A DNA stretch of 64,000 nt, taken from contig CM022665.1 in the NCBI GenBank assembly GCA_012295275.1, positions 43,028,001 through 43,092,000 on the forward strand, read 5' to 3'. The position numbers were made by a program, and so were the translations under genes. The notes under the pieces were generated by a model. It saw only the letters and a list, made by a program, of their open reading frames with translations. It ran no database searches and was not told the origin of the DNA. Of the stretch, positions 50,826 to 64,000 are shown one piece after another. Numbering within the stretch: position 1 is the stretch's first letter; every line of letters starts with the position of its first letter. Origin of the DNA: Chrysomallon squamiferum (lineage: Eukaryota; Animalia; Mollusca).

Positions 50826-52186
50826 AGTACTAAATAATAATGTTCATTTCACAGTCCATAATGTTGTGTACTTTTTAATAATGCTATATATAAATATTTA
50901 AGTAAGTTACATGTGATATAATATTGTTACACATTTAAAATGTTTTATTTTATATACACAGTGTGTATACAGTTACTAAGATTAATAAATTTATGTTAAT
51001 TTATTTAACAGCTACCTTGGTTTAGGTTTGATGTCCGCAAGATTCCAAATGATGGGTGGAACAGAAAATACTAAAGGTCTTTAATTTTTAATTTTTTGTG
51101 TCTCTTGCATAAATATCCAGTATGATTCTTTTTTCAATGAAGTTAATTTTTATGCTTCTTTTCTACAAATTAAGATTTCAAGATTTAAAATACAGGATTT
51201 TTAGTTCTTTCTCTTTGCTAAAATTTACTCTAGATTTTTCTTTCTAATAAAAAAAATTCTGACTGTTTTCTGCATTTTAATCTTTTTATGAATTCTAAAT
51301 TTTTCTTTATTTACACTTTCTGGAAATTCAAGATTTTTCATTTAATAAATAATCCCCCACCATGTTCTTTGTGAATTCTGTTGTTTTCTTTTAATAATGT
51401 TTCATCTCTTTTTATTTTAGATGGACCACTTGTTATAGATGACAGTTTAAAAAGTAGTTGTCTTCCTTCATTGTACCAGGGTTCTTGGAAACATGGACCA
51501 AACACATACACTGTACAGTACGTATGATAGTTTTTATCTACAGTTTAAAAAAACAGACAGATAAAAAACCCCAAAACACCCACATTAATATGAATTTAAT
51601 ATAGTTAATTATATGCAATTTTGTTGGTCCTGCCTACAAAAGTTTCTGTGTGATTGTTATTCAGCTGTAAATAAAGTATTCTTATTCAGCTGTAAATAAA
51701 GTATTCTTCTTTTATTTTTCATATATGTAGCTTATCATCTGTACATGGTTTCATTTTGACTTTATTATTATTTATTATCAGTACAGAAAAACTAATGAAA
51801 ATTAACAGTCATTGCAATATTAAACATTGTTACTAAAATTAAAACTAAAACTATTACAAGCATTATTCTTTATTTTTATTATTATTGTTATTATTAATAT
51901 TATTTGTGTTCACTGCTGTTACCATTGCTTTAATAATAATATTAATTTTTGTGATAATATTTTTAATTATTATTATATGTATATTGTTATTTTTTTAATA
52001 ATGGTGCTGCTATTACTTCTCTGTTTTTTAAAAGTATTATTAAGTCTGTTTTTACTATTTTTATTACTGCTTGTTGTATTACTACTAATGGTCCTACCAC
52101 TACTACTGCATTTGTTTTTGTTGTTGTTTTATATTTAATATTATTTTTATTATTATTATTTTTATTATTATTATTTTTTATTTTTA

Positions 52187-52270
<84 letters not shown>

Positions 52271-54151
52271 TTGTTGTTATTATTACTGTTATTATTGTGA
52301 ATATTATTATTATCATTATTATTATCATCACAGAGGAATGGAGCAAGAAGAAGCAGGATTTGACCTGTGTTACATATCAGCTTTACAAGTTCTGAGAGAG
52401 GCCAATGTTCAAGAGATTCCTGAGATGCGACAGATGACCATCTACGCATTTTCTTACTACTTCGATGTAGCCGTAGATGCCAAACTTATAGGTAAATGTG
52501 TCTTCATTTTGAACTTTACATTATGTTTAGCTTTGTGTTTTTGTCCAACCATCATAGTGTAATGTACAGCAACTTTTTTGGATGGAGATTTTTTAAATAA
52601 CCATCTTTCATTCATTTATCCTTCACAGTTATTTTTGTTCAAGAATTTTAACATTTGGTGTCATTTGACAAGAACAAAAAGACATTTAAAAAGTTGTTTA
52701 TAATAAAAAAAATGTTTTTATCTTTATAGATAACAGAGGTGGAATACTGAAGGTTCTGGATTACAAGAATGCTGCACTGAAAGGTAAGAAACATTCTAGA
52801 TGTATATAAGAAATGTGTGAGAGAAAGATTTACACACAGACAGAAAGACATGACATACAAATGTACACAGATAAAAAATGTATACCAAGAAATTAAGATA
52901 CAGTTGTAGTTTTTTTTATTTCAGTAAAACATTATTGAACTTTAAACATAATCAGTCTAAATATGCAAATATAGATCTATCTGGCAAAAACATCATTATG
53001 TTGAATTAGAAAGAAAATTTGAAATATGGATGCAATGGTCACACAAAATTAATTAACATCCATTTTTTAAGCAAGCTAGACAATAATGTACTCTGGTTTC
53101 TTCTGCTTCATATTTATTTTCTATGTCTTATTTGTTGAGAGAGCAATACCTTTGACATATTAATAGTTAATAGTTATATATGTTGTTTGTTGTAGAATGC
53201 TCAAATCATGGCAGACATATTTACTTGTGCATGGATTTGACTTACATCTACACTCTTCTGCGAGTCGGTTTTCAGTTGGATGATGCCACTGCCATTCATG
53301 TGAGTTCATTTATTTACTTTTACAATACTGTGTGTCTTTATAATACTGTGTGTCTTTATAATACTGTGTGTCTTTCTCTGGTTACTGTTTATTCGGTACT
53401 GTATTTCAAAGTAATAAATATCTCTCTAGTATTTCGTTTTTAAATACCTTTCTTTCATTAATTATTAATGTTATTTTATTTTGTATTGTAATTTGAAAAT
53501 ACAATTATCTCAAATATGTTATTTTTTATTAGTAAATTTTCCTCATTATTTATTAATATTGGTTTATTTTGTAATGTATTTTGAAATAACAAGTATGTCT
53601 GTAGTGTTTCGTATTTAAATACCTGCACTGATTTTCTTTGATTAATTTATTTTGGTATTGTATTTTGAAATTACAAGTATCTCAGATATCTTATTTTTAA
53701 TAGTAAATTTTCTCCATAATTTTTTAATATTAGTTTATTTATAATGTATTTTGGAATAATAAGTATCTCTAGTATTTTATTTTCAAATACTAAATTTCTT
53801 TCACTAATTACTGGTATCAGTTTATTTTATCATGTATTTTGAAATAACAAATATCTCTGTATTTATTAATAAAACTTGTGTTAGTTTATTTAACATTGTG
53901 TTTAGAAAAAAAAATAATAATAATAATAATATTAACAATAATCATAATAATAATAATAACAGTAATCATAATAATAATAATATGAGTAGTAATAATAAGA
54001 ATAATATGAGTAGTAATAATAAGAATAAATTCTGCTTGTAAGTTTTATTTTGTTTTATTTGTTTCAGGTAAAACATATTGAAAATGGGGCTGAACTAAGC
54101 TGGTCTCTAGGAATGGCCTACCACATTTTGTCTTCCCTCACAGACACATAG
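46675..54151 (+). CDS. ENTPD5: ectonucleoside triphosphate diphosphohydrolase 5-like (GDA1/CD39 family), 13 coding exons, ~426 aa
   Basis: Exons 46675-46891, 47287-47366, 47980-48123, 48498-48573, 48961-48996, 49560-49645, 50306-50385, 51012-51076, 51421-51517, 52334-52491, 52730-52783, 53196-53299, 54068-54151. All five apyrase conserved regions are present: DAGSTGSR, KATAGLRLL, DGISEGFFGWVTVNY, DLGGGSTQ, SWSLG. Signal-peptide-like N-terminus and no C-terminal TM helix. ENTPD5 rather than ENTPD6 is inferred from the N-terminus and the BBOF1 linkage. Confidence 0.88.
47765..47883. mobile_element. end fragment of a Tc1/mariner (pogo/Tigger-like) element
   Basis: ...GGAACGAATTAAACTTG..AGGTACCACTG, the reverse complement of a CAGTGGTACCT terminus, next to a TA microsatellite. 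Confidence 0.5.
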
Positions 54152-57100
54152 TCACACAAAATAATTTTGTTTCCTATTTCAACTCAGGTTTCAGTATTGT
54201 AGGTAAAACAAAGAGAGATCTCAAATCAGACAAAAAAGAAAATCCACATTTATTGCTCACAGTTCATAAGAAGATATTTAATATCAGTATGTATGCACAA
54301 ATTCTGGAAACTTTCTGTTCTGTTTTCCTCATGTACATTTTTTTTGTACTTAATTTACTGAACACTCCCTTTCTATTTTTTGTGCATATGTAATTTTATT
54401 GATGTCCTCTTGAATATCACATTATTTTTATATAATAAGAATACTGATCTATGCGAAAAAAAATGTATTCTTTAGTTAATCAAATATGTTCTGTCTTTCT
54501 TGTGCATCCATATTTAATTTTTTAATTTTTTTGTTTTTATTAGTTTGTCATTTGGTTTTGAACACTTTAAAAATATTCAGAAATGTTGTTTGTTTCTGTG
54601 GTATAATTACATTTACAAATCATAGTTTTTAATTTTTTATTTTATTTATTAATAAAGATATTTTGATATTTTTTAATTTTTTTTTTTTTTTTTTTTTATT
54701 TGTGGTTTTGGGTTGTTGTTGGTTTGGGTGTTTTTTTTAATAACTAATCTCAAACAAAAAGTATTATAGTAATACTGTCAATGTATTTACATTTATACCA
54801 TTACTAAATTATAATTTAAGTATTTATTGTTGTTATATTTCACCATTATGTATAACATTATAAATATAATATTATTGTGAATTAAGCATTTACATCCATA
54901 GATCTCCATATTTAAATACTCCATGTTTAAAATGGTATAATATTATTATGATTTATTTAAATTCATAGATCATTCTATTTAAATATTATACAGCCTATTT
55001 TGTTATTACATTATTGTTTAAACAAAGTGTTAAATCAGTATGATATAATTATGAATAGAATATTTAAATTTATAAATGTTATATTTAAATATACAACCTA
55101 CTTTCTTAAAAGAAATGTTAAATCAGAATAATATAATTATGAATTATAGGTTTAAATATTACAGCTAAAAAGAAATGTTAAATCAGTATATTATTATAAA
55201 ATAACTATTTAAATGTTCAGCTTTTTTTTTTTACCTCTTTCTTAAAACAAGGTGTTAAATCAGTATAATTTTATTTTAAATTAAATATTAAACTTCATAG
55301 ACTTTAACATTTAAATATTACAACTTATTATTTGATTCTAAATAGAAATGTTAAATCAGTATAATGTTATTATAAATTAAAGATTTAAATTCATAGATCT
55401 TCGTATTTAATTATTTTACGGTCTTCTTTCTTATAACTTCATTCTAACAAAAATGTTAGATCAGTATAAAGTTATTTTGAAAAAACTTTTAAATTTGAAG
55501 ACCTTCATATTTAAAAATTATATAACCAGCTATCTCGTTACTTCAAAAAATTCATTCATTCTTAAAAAATATTTATAAAACAATTTAATTATCAATAAAT
55601 TTACATTATTCAAATTTAGTTGTAAATTTTTGTTTTAAATTTATTTATTAATTTAATTATAAAAATGTTTTTTTGTGGGTTTTTTCTCAAGTATGTATGG
55701 TTTTCAAGAATCACTTTAATGACAATCATTAAAATATTTGGGGTCATTTTGGTTCATGTACATCTTCACCATTTAGTAAATACATTTTGAAAATTTTATC
55801 GTGCTGGATGCATTTTTACCATTTACTGTGCAGGTCTTGACAATTATGACGAAAAATTAATGTTTTATTATAAATAAGAATTTTAACGAGTTTGTTAACT
55901 GTTGTGTTTTTTTCATGAGTGATTTTATTACTGCTTTCTTTATATTTTTATTTTATTTATTATTTATTTATTTATTTATTATTTTTATTTTTACTTTTAT
56001 TTACTTTTTTTATGTCAGCAATGATTTACATAGTTGTTCTTTATTCTAAATATTTGTTTAAAAAGATTGACATATCATGATTACAAAAGATATTGTATTT
56101 TTATTATGTGATAGCAAATGAAAACATAACAATCTGATACAAAAATTAATCTTACATACTGTTTTTATATATATATAATAATATCCATGTTTTTACTATT
56201 TACATATTTGAAATAAGATATACAGTTTTGTTTTCTTCCAAGAAAACTAATTTGTTCAGTAACCTTAGCAACGATACATCATTCACAGTTATTCCAGTAA
56301 CAGCACAACGATAAATAAATGAAGAAAAAGAATCGAAAGATTTAAATTTTGCTTTATGTAATTGTCGTTCTTCAAAATTTTTGCATCTCCAGAAATTTTT
56401 CTCATTGAATTTTACAATCAATCACTGGAAATTACTGGTAAAATTTACAGCTGAAATGACAGTTGATTTTTATTTCTTCCAAGTTTTAAATTATTTTATT
56501 TAATTACTGTTTTTATTTTGGTTAATAAAAAATATTCTTAATTTCATGGACGGTAGTGTAGAAAATTCTTTGTCTTAGCAGATTTAGTGTCCTTGTAGAA
56601 TCGCTAGATCGGAAATGGTTGTGTGATGTGATTATTTCCCTTAGTAGCTCATTTCATAAAATACTTCATTTCCATTCAATGGATCTGGGTTCAAATCCAC
56701 ACAGTGGAAGCTGATTATGTTTTTACATCAGAAGTAACGAATACATTTTAAATTTTTTTTTTTTAATTTTAATTTTTTTTTTTATTATTTAATATATGCT
56801 GGCATATGTAATTTTGTTGTCATAGTATGTGTGTATTTCTCACACATTAAATAAGATGGTTCTTTGTCCCAGAATATAAAACACCTAACAATATTAACAA
56901 ACTTGTAAATATGCACTGCAATAAATTTTTCTATGACAGTTGATATTTTGTTCTCAGGATTTTACTGTAGAATTATTTTCCTGTAATATATTGGTTTCAA
57001 GTTTTCATATTTTTAAACAGTTGACTGATATTTAAATTCAGTTTAAGACACATCATTTTTAGCTTTGTTTTGGGGTTTTGGGGGCACTAAATGTGTCCTA

Positions 57101-57864
57101 ATAAAGCATAATAATAAAATAAGAAGTGTGAACAAATGTATGTATCTACAGTGCAGCTAGAATTTTTATTCTGCTGTCATGTTTAGTTTCGGAAAATAAA
57201 CATTTTATTGACAATCTGAAATAGCATAAATTTCTGAAAACATTTTCTACATTCCTGATCTAAAAACCAGCAGAAATCTTTTATTAAGTATATTGATTAT
57301 ACATTTTCATCTGAGAAGGTCAAATGTACTGAAGAAAATTTGTAGATGTAATTTTGTTTGCATTTGTTTCCTTTCTGACTTTTTAAAATTTATTTAATTT
57401 TTTTTTTTTTTTTTTTTTTTAAGAGACAAAAGTAACAAAAGTAAATTAAAATAACACAATCCCAAGTGGTAATGAACATTAATATTTTTGTGGTTTTAAT
57501 TCTTTACAAAACAGCAGTACGTTTTGCTGAGCATGATAATAAAGGCAACAACAATGCTGGGATTTCTGTTAGCTCAGTGGTATTTACACAGTAACTTTAA
57601 ATGTTTTTAGTGTGTTGACTTTATGGTTCTGTTTGTCTCAGAAAATGTGTTGTTAATTGTATTTAATTGACAAACAGTGAGCTTCAGGCCAGTATTTACA
57701 AATGTGATCCATTCCTTTAAGAATATACATTTAGTTGTTATTAGTATTAAATATATTTAGATTCTTAGTTATTCAGAAAATTTAAAAATAATACAGGTTC
57801 TTACCGTTATATTAGTTATTTTTTTAAAATCCGTTACTATTTTGTATGATATCCAAGCAATATT

Positions 57865-57900
<36 letters not shown>

Positions 57901-60672
57901 TCTGTTTATTAAATATTAAATTTAAATTGTATCTGCTTTCGTATGATAGCTGACAATAGCCAAAGTAAAAAAAAAATATATTTTTTAAAGATTAAAAAAC
58001 AAAAACATCAAAATTACCAGACTTAAAATGCTTATGGCAGCTATTACTGTTGATGGTTTTGTGTGTGATGCATGAAAATTAGTCACAAATTAGTCTGTAC
58101 ATGTGTAAGTGTTTGTTAATGTGTATAAAAGCAATGGTCTGTTGTGATTAATTATTATAAGATGCCATGTTTTACACAAATTTTGGTGCAACCAACAGTT
58201 AAAATTTTATTTTCTGGGTATAGCTGTAGGTTCTTATTTTGAACTATACACATGAAAGAGATTTTGGAGTTTTATTAAATACTTAATTTTTTTTAACAAA
58301 TTAGGGCAAATTTTTTTTTTTACAGTATCCTTAACTTACAAAAATCTATGTGTGATTACTAATATAATAAATGCTGAATTAATTTAATGGTATATATATT
58401 TATTTATTTATTATATATATATATATATATATATATATTTTTTTTAAAGATGTTATTATAACTGTATAAAATAACAAAATCTGTGCAATTTATGCCAACT
58501 TAATAATTTTCTTGTTATAATTTATTATTTTATGAAGTTAGTTTTTTTATTTTATTTGTTAAAGTGTAAACTAGCTGAATTTAATTTATAAAAATATCTT
58601 GGTAGTACAGATACAGATTAAAATGATAAACATCGAATAAAAATTGCCTTGTTAATCATTAAATAAATTTACATAATTGTTTTTATTAGCATGGTGCTGT
58701 GATTTTACTACTAATACAAATATAAGAAAAAGTTATAAATATTTTTTTTTAAACAACATGTATTCTATTTTAATTATGAAAGCATTGAGGAGAAATGATT
58801 TGACAACTTCTGTTACAAATCAACAAATCCAGCTTAAATCATATACTGTTTATTTTTTAAAACACTAGCATAATAAATATTATTATATTGTTAATATTGA
58901 AACACTCTAGAATTAGTATTAAGTGTGTACATTGTGTATTGAGGCACACTATAATTATATACTGTATTAGTAAAGATACTGGTTTGTCACAGACACAGAA
59001 ACAGAAATAGTGTGACAGAACAAAATTAATATAGTGATATATGCATTATTATATATTTTGTGATTTTCTTTATTATTTGGAATTAACACATTAAAAGCTC
59101 TTTTTTTTACTACATTTGTGTTGTTTTTAATTTAGAAAAGCATTTTTGAAATTACTGGATAAAGAAGTAAGAAATGTGTATGTTAAATAAAATTAGTACA
59201 GTGAAGAACAGGAATGCCCATTTAACTATCTTTAATAAAGCAATCATTTGAGACTGGCTAAAAAAAAAAAGAAGAAAATTGTCCAGTAAGATATGACTGC
59301 CAAATGAATAATGAAAAGAACTGTTTTTAACATAGTAGAACAAGTAAAGGATGACATAAGCACTGCATCTGAAATCGAGTTATTCTGTTGTTTCAATACT
59401 GGGAAGCAAGCTGGTGTATGTGTAATGGCCGACTTGTACATATTTAAAGCATATTTTATTGGCACATGTGACCCAAACCATCTTGTTTTATAGTTCATCA
59501 CAGTCTTGAACGCTCCATGACTATGAGCCTGCAAATTATTTAAATTATTACATTCACACAATTTTAACAAAAAAAAAAAAAAAAATAAAATAAAATAAAA
59601 CATAATAATAATAAAATAAAAACAAATATATTTTTTTTCAAATGTGTATTTTCTTTATATACAGAAAATACACATAAATCTTTAATACATTTGACAGTTT
59701 TATTTATTAACTCACTGCTTTTAAAATGAAATACTGTTAACAAAATTGTATTTTTAGACCTAAAAGTGTCAATTAAACACTAATGACGTATCTTTTAAGA
59801 ACACACAAATAAGTAATTTATGAAATTAAATATAGTTCTGTCTGTCCCCAAAAGCCATATTTGTGGTCAGTGCATGAAAATCTAGAAACATATTTCGTCG
59901 TCATACTTTGTCACCATTTATAGTCATTGCTGGATAAAATTGTTTATACCTACAGAATCCATTTATTTATTAATAAAAATAACACTGAAAAATAAATAGC
60001 ACCACGTTCTAAGAATGTGACTTAAGAAGGAATAAAATGTTCAATATATAATTGCTTAGATAAATAAATAAATAATAAAACTAAAGTTAAGTTTGTTACA
60101 GAAATAATGAAATTAATTGTTTTGTGAAAAATATGAAAGAGAACACATTTTCTTTTCATTAATATTTAATGCATTAATTTGTTGTTTTTGCTGAATTGCA
60201 AGAACCTGCAAACTTCAATCACCAAACACTTGCTCGCCAAAACGTGAGTTGAACCCATCTGGAACATAATTTTGATAATTCAGTGATACAGTATCATTCC
60301 GTATTTTATGTTTTGTAAATATCTTCTCGGTTCGTTGTTTGGTGCGGCTGGCACAAATCAGAGCTCTATTTGGGTTTCAAAGGCAGCATTTCAACTTATC
60401 ATAAGTTTTATGACGTACAAAATATGTTTTATTTACATCCATACTCGACTTGTGTAATTTACTTGATTACTGCAGAACAAATAGTTTGGAAAAGAGACCA
60501 TTTTGCTTTCAGATCTTGTTTGCTTTATTTTTCGGCTTAGTTCTGTTGTTTTTTTTTTTTTTTTAGATGGGTAACTAAAAGACCTTTCTGTCAGTGGCGA
60601 TCTAAACTCAACACTTCTAATACATCAAGTAAAAAACAAAATGAAGTCGTTAAATAAAGCAACACCAAAGAA

Positions 60673-60673
60673 T

Positions 60674-60768
<95 letters not shown>

Positions 60769-60983
60769 ATAAATAATATATATATGTATGTATGTATGTA
60801 TGTATTTTTAACGTATTATTTTCCTCTCAAACATTGTTGAAAGAGTTTTAATAGTTTTAAAACTTTAAAAAATCACTAAGATGTCAATTAATATACATAA
60901 TGTTTTCTAAACAATAATAAAAAGAAGGGCAGAATGTGATTTAATCTCTCTCTCTCTCTCACACATACACACACACATAAATA

Positions 60984-61015
<32 letters not shown>

Positions 61016-61190
61016 GTATATATTTTTAACGTATTAAAATCCTCTCAAACATTGTTGAGTTTTAATAGTTTAAAAACTTTTAAAAATCACTAAGATGTCA
61101 TTTAATATACATAATTTTTTCTAAAAACAATAAAAAAGAAGGGCAGAATGTGTGATTTAATTTCTCTCTCTCTCTCTCTATATATATAAT
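60673..61190. repeat. tandem duplication of a ~250-bp unit containing compound (CT)n(CA)n(TA)n(TATG)n microsatellites
   Basis: CTCTCAAACATTGTTGA..AATCACTAAGATGTCA..AAGAAGGGCAGAATGTG occurs twice, and a third (CT)n run begins another unit. Confidence 0.8.
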
Positions 61191-63688
61191 TTCTTTCTCG
61201 TTCTTCTCTCTCTCTTATATATATATTTCTTTAATTATGTTCTTCTGCTACTGTATGTGTGTGTGTGAGGGTGGGTGGGTGTGTAAACTATTTCGTTTTT
61301 TATTTAAAACAAAAACTCAAAGCCAGATGACAATAAAATAGTTTTATTCAAACAAGGAAGATTTAAAACATAAACCAACAAAATACACGGGAATTTATAA
61401 CAGTGACGATATTTCACAAATAAATAAAGTTAGTGTATATAAAACAACAGTGAACAGTAACAACAGTTAACCATACCAACCAACAAACCATCCATACCAG
61501 TATGGAATAATTCATTCTAAAGTATTCCGGAAAACTAATATTTTTAAATGTTATTTGTATTGTGGAATATAACAGCTAATAGGCTAACAAATAATTAATT
61601 TTAATCTCACACATGGCAACTATCACAGACATATGTTATTAATACTGTTGTACAAAACAGAGGGTTACTGTTATTTTTACGATCTATGATATGTATGTAT
61701 ATACGTAAGTACGTACGTATGTATCTACGTAAATGTGTGTGTGTGTGTGTGTATGTGAAAGATGGAGAGAACAAAATGTAGGTTTATTAATAATAAATAA
61801 ATAAAATAAAAAGTAAAACCTGAATTAAATACGCGAAAATCTGAATTATACATCGGTTTGAGCGGAGATGCAAACACTTCTATTTCATAACAACCTGCAA
61901 AAGCCATGGCAAGAAATTAATTTTCAATCTTCACTTCTTGGACAGTTCCTGCAGCATGCCCACCCTTAATACTGTTAGTGTATACAAATACTGTATAAAA
62001 TTATCTAAAATTACACTACGCTTTTTGTAGCTGTGGCTATTACAAAAATATAGTAAAATGATAACGATTACTGTACTCTAGGCACCTATGGGTTTCCATA
62101 CTATTATTCTTTGAGCACTCAGTTTATCTGCAGTAACAAAACGTTAAAGAGCGAAGTCTGGTTTTTCAAGTATGAATATAAAACACGAATCATTTTAAAT
62201 GTACAAAACGACGAGAAGAGAATGAAAAAAGAAGATGGAAAGCCACAGGAAAATGAAAAGGCACGCGGGGTTTTTATAAATGATTTATAATAATAATAAT
62301 AAAAAGTAATACACTGAAGCAATATAAAACCATCTTGTTATACATTTCATTACGTTTATTTTTTCTTACGTCATTGATGCACGAATTGAAAAACAATACA
62401 AATCTGAGCAATATAATAAAGAAATTGATTTAAATTTATTTGACAACGTTGTAATATATATATGAGATAGGCATAAAAAAAAAATTCTGATAAAAGAAAG
62501 AAATAAACACAAATACCCGAAAATTTTAAATTAATAGGCCTATTATCTTTTTAAAAATGAATGACAAAAACATAAAACATCTAACTTATTTATAAAAAAA
62601 GTTACAATTTTTAATATTCTCGTCGTCAATTAATGAATGGTGTTTGAAATTAATTAAATATTTGGCTTACGTCCATAAAAACATAAAACTACCAGGTGAC
62701 CATAGAGTTCACATCCAACAAGTTAAATCCACTGTGATCCATATTTTTAAATATTCTTTATTATTTATACATATTCATACATTATATAGAGACAGACAAA
62801 TACATACTGACATAACAGTCGATGAACAGACTGACAGAGATATAAATATACAGAAAGACAGAGATAATTAAGGATACTATAATACTTTTAAATATGTTAG
62901 TATATTTTCTCTAACAGATGTGAACAGGCACGTACAAATCATGAAACTGTAATACCACCTTCCCTTTTATGAAGATCTGCTCTATTAATAATGAAGGTTG
63001 TTACATTTTAAAGTTGTATGATGACCGCCCCACTTCTGAAATTTTAGATGCACCTCTGCATATATAAATTGATACTACGATTAGCTTTTGCGTATTTTGT
63101 CGTTTCTTTCATTATTAATGTTTCAGACACGATGAAATCCGGTATTTATAAGATTTTCACAGTTTTGTTATCGTAAAGATAATTTGAAAAAATATCATCC
63201 CTGACTTATGAGATGAACCTCCTCTGATTCAAATTTCGAGGTAGATGATTGTTAATTGGCATTTAAAACTTCACCTTCAAACGTAACATTCTGTTGACAA
63301 CCTCAAAATCCATGATTCACCTAGCTCAGAAATGAAATCAGAAAAAGTTTCATCTCCCAATTAACATTTAATTTTTAACAGAACCAAAGACTTTCGAGAG
63401 ATATTGAATACACCACGATCCCATTTAATTTTATCTCCGTACCGTATATACTCGAAGAAATGAGCCTGTAAAATAATTTTACTGGAAGAAATGAAAAATT
63501 TGGTTTTGTACCGTAGTTACTCTACTAGACGTTGGTTGTTGTCTGATGTGTTGGAGAACCAGCATTTATTTGGTTTGTGGCTTCGTGTGGCTGCAAAATG
63601 ATGTGTGACTCAGGACTCTCCGGTTGCTAAGATAAAATTTAAACAAAATTAAATAGTTTAAATTAGTATTAAAACTTAAAAATATGTA

Positions 63689-63743
<55 letters not shown>

Positions 63744-64000
63744 AATTTTTATATTTATTTATTTTTATTTTATTTATTTATTTATCAAAATATTAAGTTA
63801 CTAATGTTAAAAAGCAAGCAATTTAATCAACAACAGCAGCCGGTGCAACGAGTAACGATGAGTAATAAAAATATTATAAATTACAGTAATAATAATAATA
63901 ATAATAATACATGTAACAATAGCAATAACAATAACAATAACAACAATAATAATATTAATAATGATGATGATAAAAAAGAGAAGAATACAACAACAAAAAA

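Noticed and set aside
49305-52449. Poly-I/L/N/Y ORFs in the ORF track
   Set aside because: They are translations of (ATT)n microsatellites in ENTPD5 introns.
19972-54151. Functional purine-salvage cluster (ENT plus NTPDase)
   Set aside because: The genes are separated by BBOF1 and have different promoters; nothing beyond proximity supports a cluster.
56640-56712. tRNA gene (B-box GGGTTCAAATCC)
   Set aside because: No cloverleaf and a degenerate A box; at most a decayed SINE head.

Overview
AT-rich, intron-dense animal genomic DNA, probably from a gastropod mollusc (a weak inference from SINE-like fragments). Splicing the exons by hand gives four complete genes: WDR43/UTP5 (minus, 17 exons, 1162-19067), an ENT/SLC29 nucleoside transporter with an ENT3-like lysosomal motif (plus, 19972-32030), BBOF1/CCDC176 (minus, 34287-45303) and an ENTPD5-like NTPDase (plus, 46675-54151). 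They form two head-to-head pairs; BBOF1/ENTPD5 is also divergent in human. The main hidden system is in the WDR43 introns: at least 11 box H/ACA snoRNA genes of about 130 nt, all on the host strand, in four sequence families, with six in one intron. They have spread by local duplication, appear to exchange 5' and 3' hairpins, and one has seeded a 50-bp minisatellite from its own 5' end. Three guide pockets match conserved rRNA sites (rRNA recalled from memory). Other observations: an alternative ENT first exon lacking the dileucine motif, a GC-AG intron, a 43-bp repeat that multiplies a 3' splice site, a candidate 12-nt BBOF1 microexon, several MITEs, and probable assembly errors (two homopolymer frameshifts, one chimeric segment). 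Most ORFs in the supplied track are low-complexity noise. No coding gene is recognisable after about 54.2 kb.
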